Below are positions 21,210 through 24,387 of a DNA stretch of 24,387 nucleotides, piece after piece. Origin of the DNA: Tubiluchus corallicola (taxonomy: Eukaryota > Animalia > Priapulida); NCBI GenBank assembly GCA_030141605.1, contig JAQGDQ010001817.1, positions 1-24,387 on the forward strand, in the 5' to 3' direction. The translations under genes were made by a program, and so were the position numbers. Within the stretch, counting starts at the first letter, position 1, and the number at the start of each line of letters is the position of its first letter. The notes under the pieces were generated by a model, which was not told the origin of the DNA, ran no database searches, and worked only from the letters and a program-made list of their open reading frames with translations.

Positions 21210-21888
21210 AATAAAAGGTAAAATAAACCCAACATACTGAGCAGATCTTGTGGTTGTTACTCCAAAGTAAAGGTACGGCATCCTTAGATTTTTATCAATA
21301 CCACACCACACCACCCACACCATAATACTCCACCACATCACACCGCACAGCACCACACCATAACACCACACTGCATCACACCACCCACCCACCTACACAC
21401 CATACCACTCCACCACATCACACCACACCGCACCACACCATACCACTGCAGCACACCGCACCACCCACACACCACACCACACCACCCACACCATACCACT
21501 CCACCACACCACACCACCCACACCATAATACTCCACACATCACACCACACTGCACCACACCATACCACTGCAGCACACCGCACCACCCACACACCACACC
21601 ACACCACCCACACCATACGACTCCACCACATCACACCGCACAGCACCACACCATAACACCACACTGCACCACACCACCCACCCACCTACACACCACACCA
21701 CCCACACCATACCACTCCACCACATCACACCACACCGCACCACACCATACCACTGCAGCACACCACACTGCACCACCCACACACCACACCACACCACCCA
21801 CACCATAATACTCCACCACATCACACCGCACTGCACCACAACACCCACCCACACACCACGCCACCCACTCCATACCACACTACCCACA
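21210..21888. repeat. Left arm of a long inverted repeat: about 90 bp unique sequence plus (CACAC/CACCA)n low-complexity array
   Basis: Reverse complement of 23694-24387, including the unique segment AATAAAAGG...TTTTATCAATA. Confidence 0.95.
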
Positions 21889-22074
21889 ACAGTTGAGAAA
21901 TTTTGGTATTTAAAGAAGTGTGTGATGTGTAAATTAATTTAAGCATTATTTCGTCGTTCGACACAGCATGTTAAAAGGTGATTTATTGCTCGAAGCTCAA
22001 GAGAAAGACAACATGTGTCACTTTTTTTCAAAAATATTGTGCAAAATAGCAGAGTGTCTAAATAATTTAATTCA

Positions 22075-22485
22075 GGCTAATTTAAAAGCACATACCAGCA
22101 CATCCCATGTTATTATCTGTACAAAGGCCAACTTAACAGCACTTACCAGCACATGCAATGTTATTATTTGTACAAAAGCCAACTTAACAGCACTTACCAG
22201 CACATGCAATGTTATTATTTGTTCAAAAGCCAACTTTGTGGCACTTGCCAGCACATGCCTTGTCATTTTACGTACAAAAGCCAACTTTGTGATACTTACC
22301 AGCGCTTGCCATGTTATTATCTGACAAAAGCCAACTTAGCACCACTTAACAGCACATGCCATGTCATTATATGTATGAAAGCCAACTTAGTAGCACATAC
22401 CAGCACATGCCATGTTATTATATGTACAAAAGCCAACTTTGTGGCACTTGCCAGCACATACCATGCCATACTATATTTACAAAGA
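22075..22485. repeat. 51-bp minisatellite (ACAAAAGCCAACTTAACAGCACTTACCAGCACATGCAATGTTATTATTTGT), about 8 diverged copies
   Basis: Directly visible. Gives the 17-aa periodicity in ORFs 21968..22596. Confidence 0.93.
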
Positions 22486-22694
22486 AATGCTCTCAACATT
22501 ATTTTTGCCATATTGTCAGAACTAGTTTCATATACTCATTTTAAACTTCGGGTAGCCGAAAAAAACAGACAAAGAAAATCATCATACACTTTGTAAACAT
22601 TTATTGACCCGTTAATTGCATGAAATTCCTATAATCTATATCTATCTATACTCTTATATTAATATTCTTGGTATGTTATATATATATATATATA

Positions 22695-23297
22695 TATAAG
22701 ATTCGAGGCTACAGCCCGGACGAGGGCACCATTTGCGGCGATCTATATATCAAACGAAAGGTCTCGATCTAGTGTCGTGCCATTGATGGTTTATTTTTCG
22801 AATTGGGCCCACCGCGAGGAAGGGGGGGGGCGAAAAACCTCCAAAAATGGCCATTTTTCGGCCTTTTTTTGCAAAAGTTATACGGCTGAGATGTAGAGAA
22901 CGGGAATGGGCCGAGGGTGGTGCTGGGTATGGATAGATAGCCCGTTCAGCGGTGGGTGTAGTAGGCATATTTAGAATTCCCGAGAGGGCCAGGGCGCCCC
23001 GCAACGGGCGTTTTCCCGGACCCAACTCGCGATTTTTTCGAAATTTTGACCAAACAGCCTGCGGGAAAAACGTTCTAGCGTCGCCCAGTGGGACTCTCGG
23101 AAGAAGATATATGGCTCTTTACAAAGAGGAAGGACTGGGCTACACGATGATGTGGACTATATGTTAGGGTAAATCCACCGAGAAAAGTACCGACGAGTTA
23201 ATTAGAGGTTCCATTTTCGGCAATTTTCGCTTAGAAAACTGTTGACGCAAAGGCATTGTTGTGACGTCATCCATTGTATTCTGTCTATAATCTTATA
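22695..23297. mobile_element. About 600-bp GC-rich non-autonomous element adjoining a (TA)n run
   Basis: Sharp compositional shift. 9-bp inverted termini TATAAGATT / AATCTTATA. No convincing ORF. Superfamily unknown. Confidence 0.45.
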
Positions 23298-23693
23298 ACT
23301 TTAATTCAGCAAAAAGCTACAGGGTTTGCGTTAGTTAAACAAACAGTAGGCATGATGTTACGGGCTTTGTGTAATAAATGAGGACTAGGTAGGATGTTCG
23401 CGTGTTATTGATTATACGTGGTTTTTTACGCAAAATCTTTTGCGGGGCCTTTGCTATTTATTATATTATAGCACATAGTTTCAACTTTGTGAAAAATGTT
23501 TGGAATGGTTTTGTTGTAATGCTGTGCTGTTGGTGCTTGTGCTATAGGTGTTGTCATCGTTGCCACCACCATCATCATCATCAACATCATGATCACCACG
23601 TGAGGTGGTGGATTTGATGTGGTGTGGTGGTGGTGTGCTTTGTGTGTTGTGCTATGGATGGTGTGGTGGGGTGATAGGGTGTGTGGGGTGTGG

Positions 23694-24387
23694 TGTGGGT
23701 AGTGTGGTATGGAGTGGGTGGCGTGGTGTGTGGGTGGGTGTTGTGGTGCAGTGTGGTGTGGTGCAGTGCGGTGTGATGTGGTGGAGTATTATGGTGTGGG
23801 TGGTGTGGTGTGGTGTGTGGGTGGAGCAGTGTGGTGTGGTGCAGTGGTATGGTGTGGTGCGGTGTGGTGTGATGTGGTGGAGTGGTATGGTGTGGGTGGT
23901 GTGGTGTGTAGGTGGGTGGGTGGTGTGGTGCAGTGTGGTGTTATGGTGTGGTGCTGTGCGGTGTGATGTGGTGGAGTATTATGGTGTGGGTGGTGTGGTG
24001 TGGTGTGTGGGTGGTGCGGTGTGGTGCAGTGGTATGGTGTGGTGCAGTGTGGTGTGATGTGTGGAGTATTATGGTGTGGGTGGTGTGGTGTGGTGGAGTG
24101 GTATGGTGTGGGTGGTGTGGTGTGGTGTGTGGGTGGTGCGGTGTGCTGCAGTGGTATGGTGTGGTGCGGTGTGGTGTGATGTGGTGGAGTGGTATGGTGT
24201 GTAGGTGGGTGGGTGGTGTGGTGCAGTGTGGTGTTATGGTGTGGTGCTGTGCGGTGTGATGTGGTGGAGTATTATGGTGTGGGTGGTGTGGTGTGGTATT
24301 GATAAAAATCTAAGGATGCCGTACCTTTACTTTGGAGTAACAACCACAAGATCTGCTCAGTATGTTGGGTTTATTTTACCTTTTATT
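23694..24387. repeat. Right arm of the long inverted repeat, runs off the window
   Basis: Near-identical reverse complement of 21210-21888, with one extra 15-bp unit and a few substitutions. Degenerate GTGGT repeats continue left to about 23600. Confidence 0.95.

Noticed and set aside
21300-21888. Telomere-like C/A-rich tract
   Set aside because: Irregular 5-mer-based repeat, not TTAGGG or TTAGG, and internal to the sequence.
23563-23600. Poly-His tract in ORF 23402..23617
   Set aside because: A short CAT/CAC trinucleotide run with no splice or homology support.
21204-24259. Cys/Trp/Val/Gly-rich ORFs
   Set aside because: Translations of the (GTGGT)n low-complexity arms.

Overview
This is AT-rich, intron-containing animal (metazoan, probably invertebrate) genomic DNA, not prokaryotic; almost all ORFs in the supplied track are repeat artefacts. 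One protein-coding gene is supported. Eight minus-strand GT-AG exons (19848 down to 2036) splice in matching phase into about 486 codons of a divergent multi-repeat cadherin resembling the PCDH15/Cad99C/CDHR5 type, with mostly degenerate Ca2+-binding motifs. I could not locate its start codon, signal peptide or transmembrane exon. Introns and flanks are full of repeats: 41-, 44-, 33-, 51- and 21-bp tandem arrays, microsatellites, a 5'-truncated Rex/Babar-type LINE, a hAT MITE with a perfect 8-bp TSD and two copies of a TTAA-flanked Kolobok/T2-like MITE. A three-level nested cluster at 12.3-17.0 kb contains a 3.7-kb internally duplicated LTR-like element, two AGT...ACT solo-LTR-like elements with 5-bp TSDs and a structured GC-rich 659-bp insertion. 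A near-perfect inverted repeat of at least 680 bp runs off the right end. I saw no rRNA, tRNA or CRISPR. Family assignments come from motif recognition and memory only, with no database search, so novelty of any finding is unverified.
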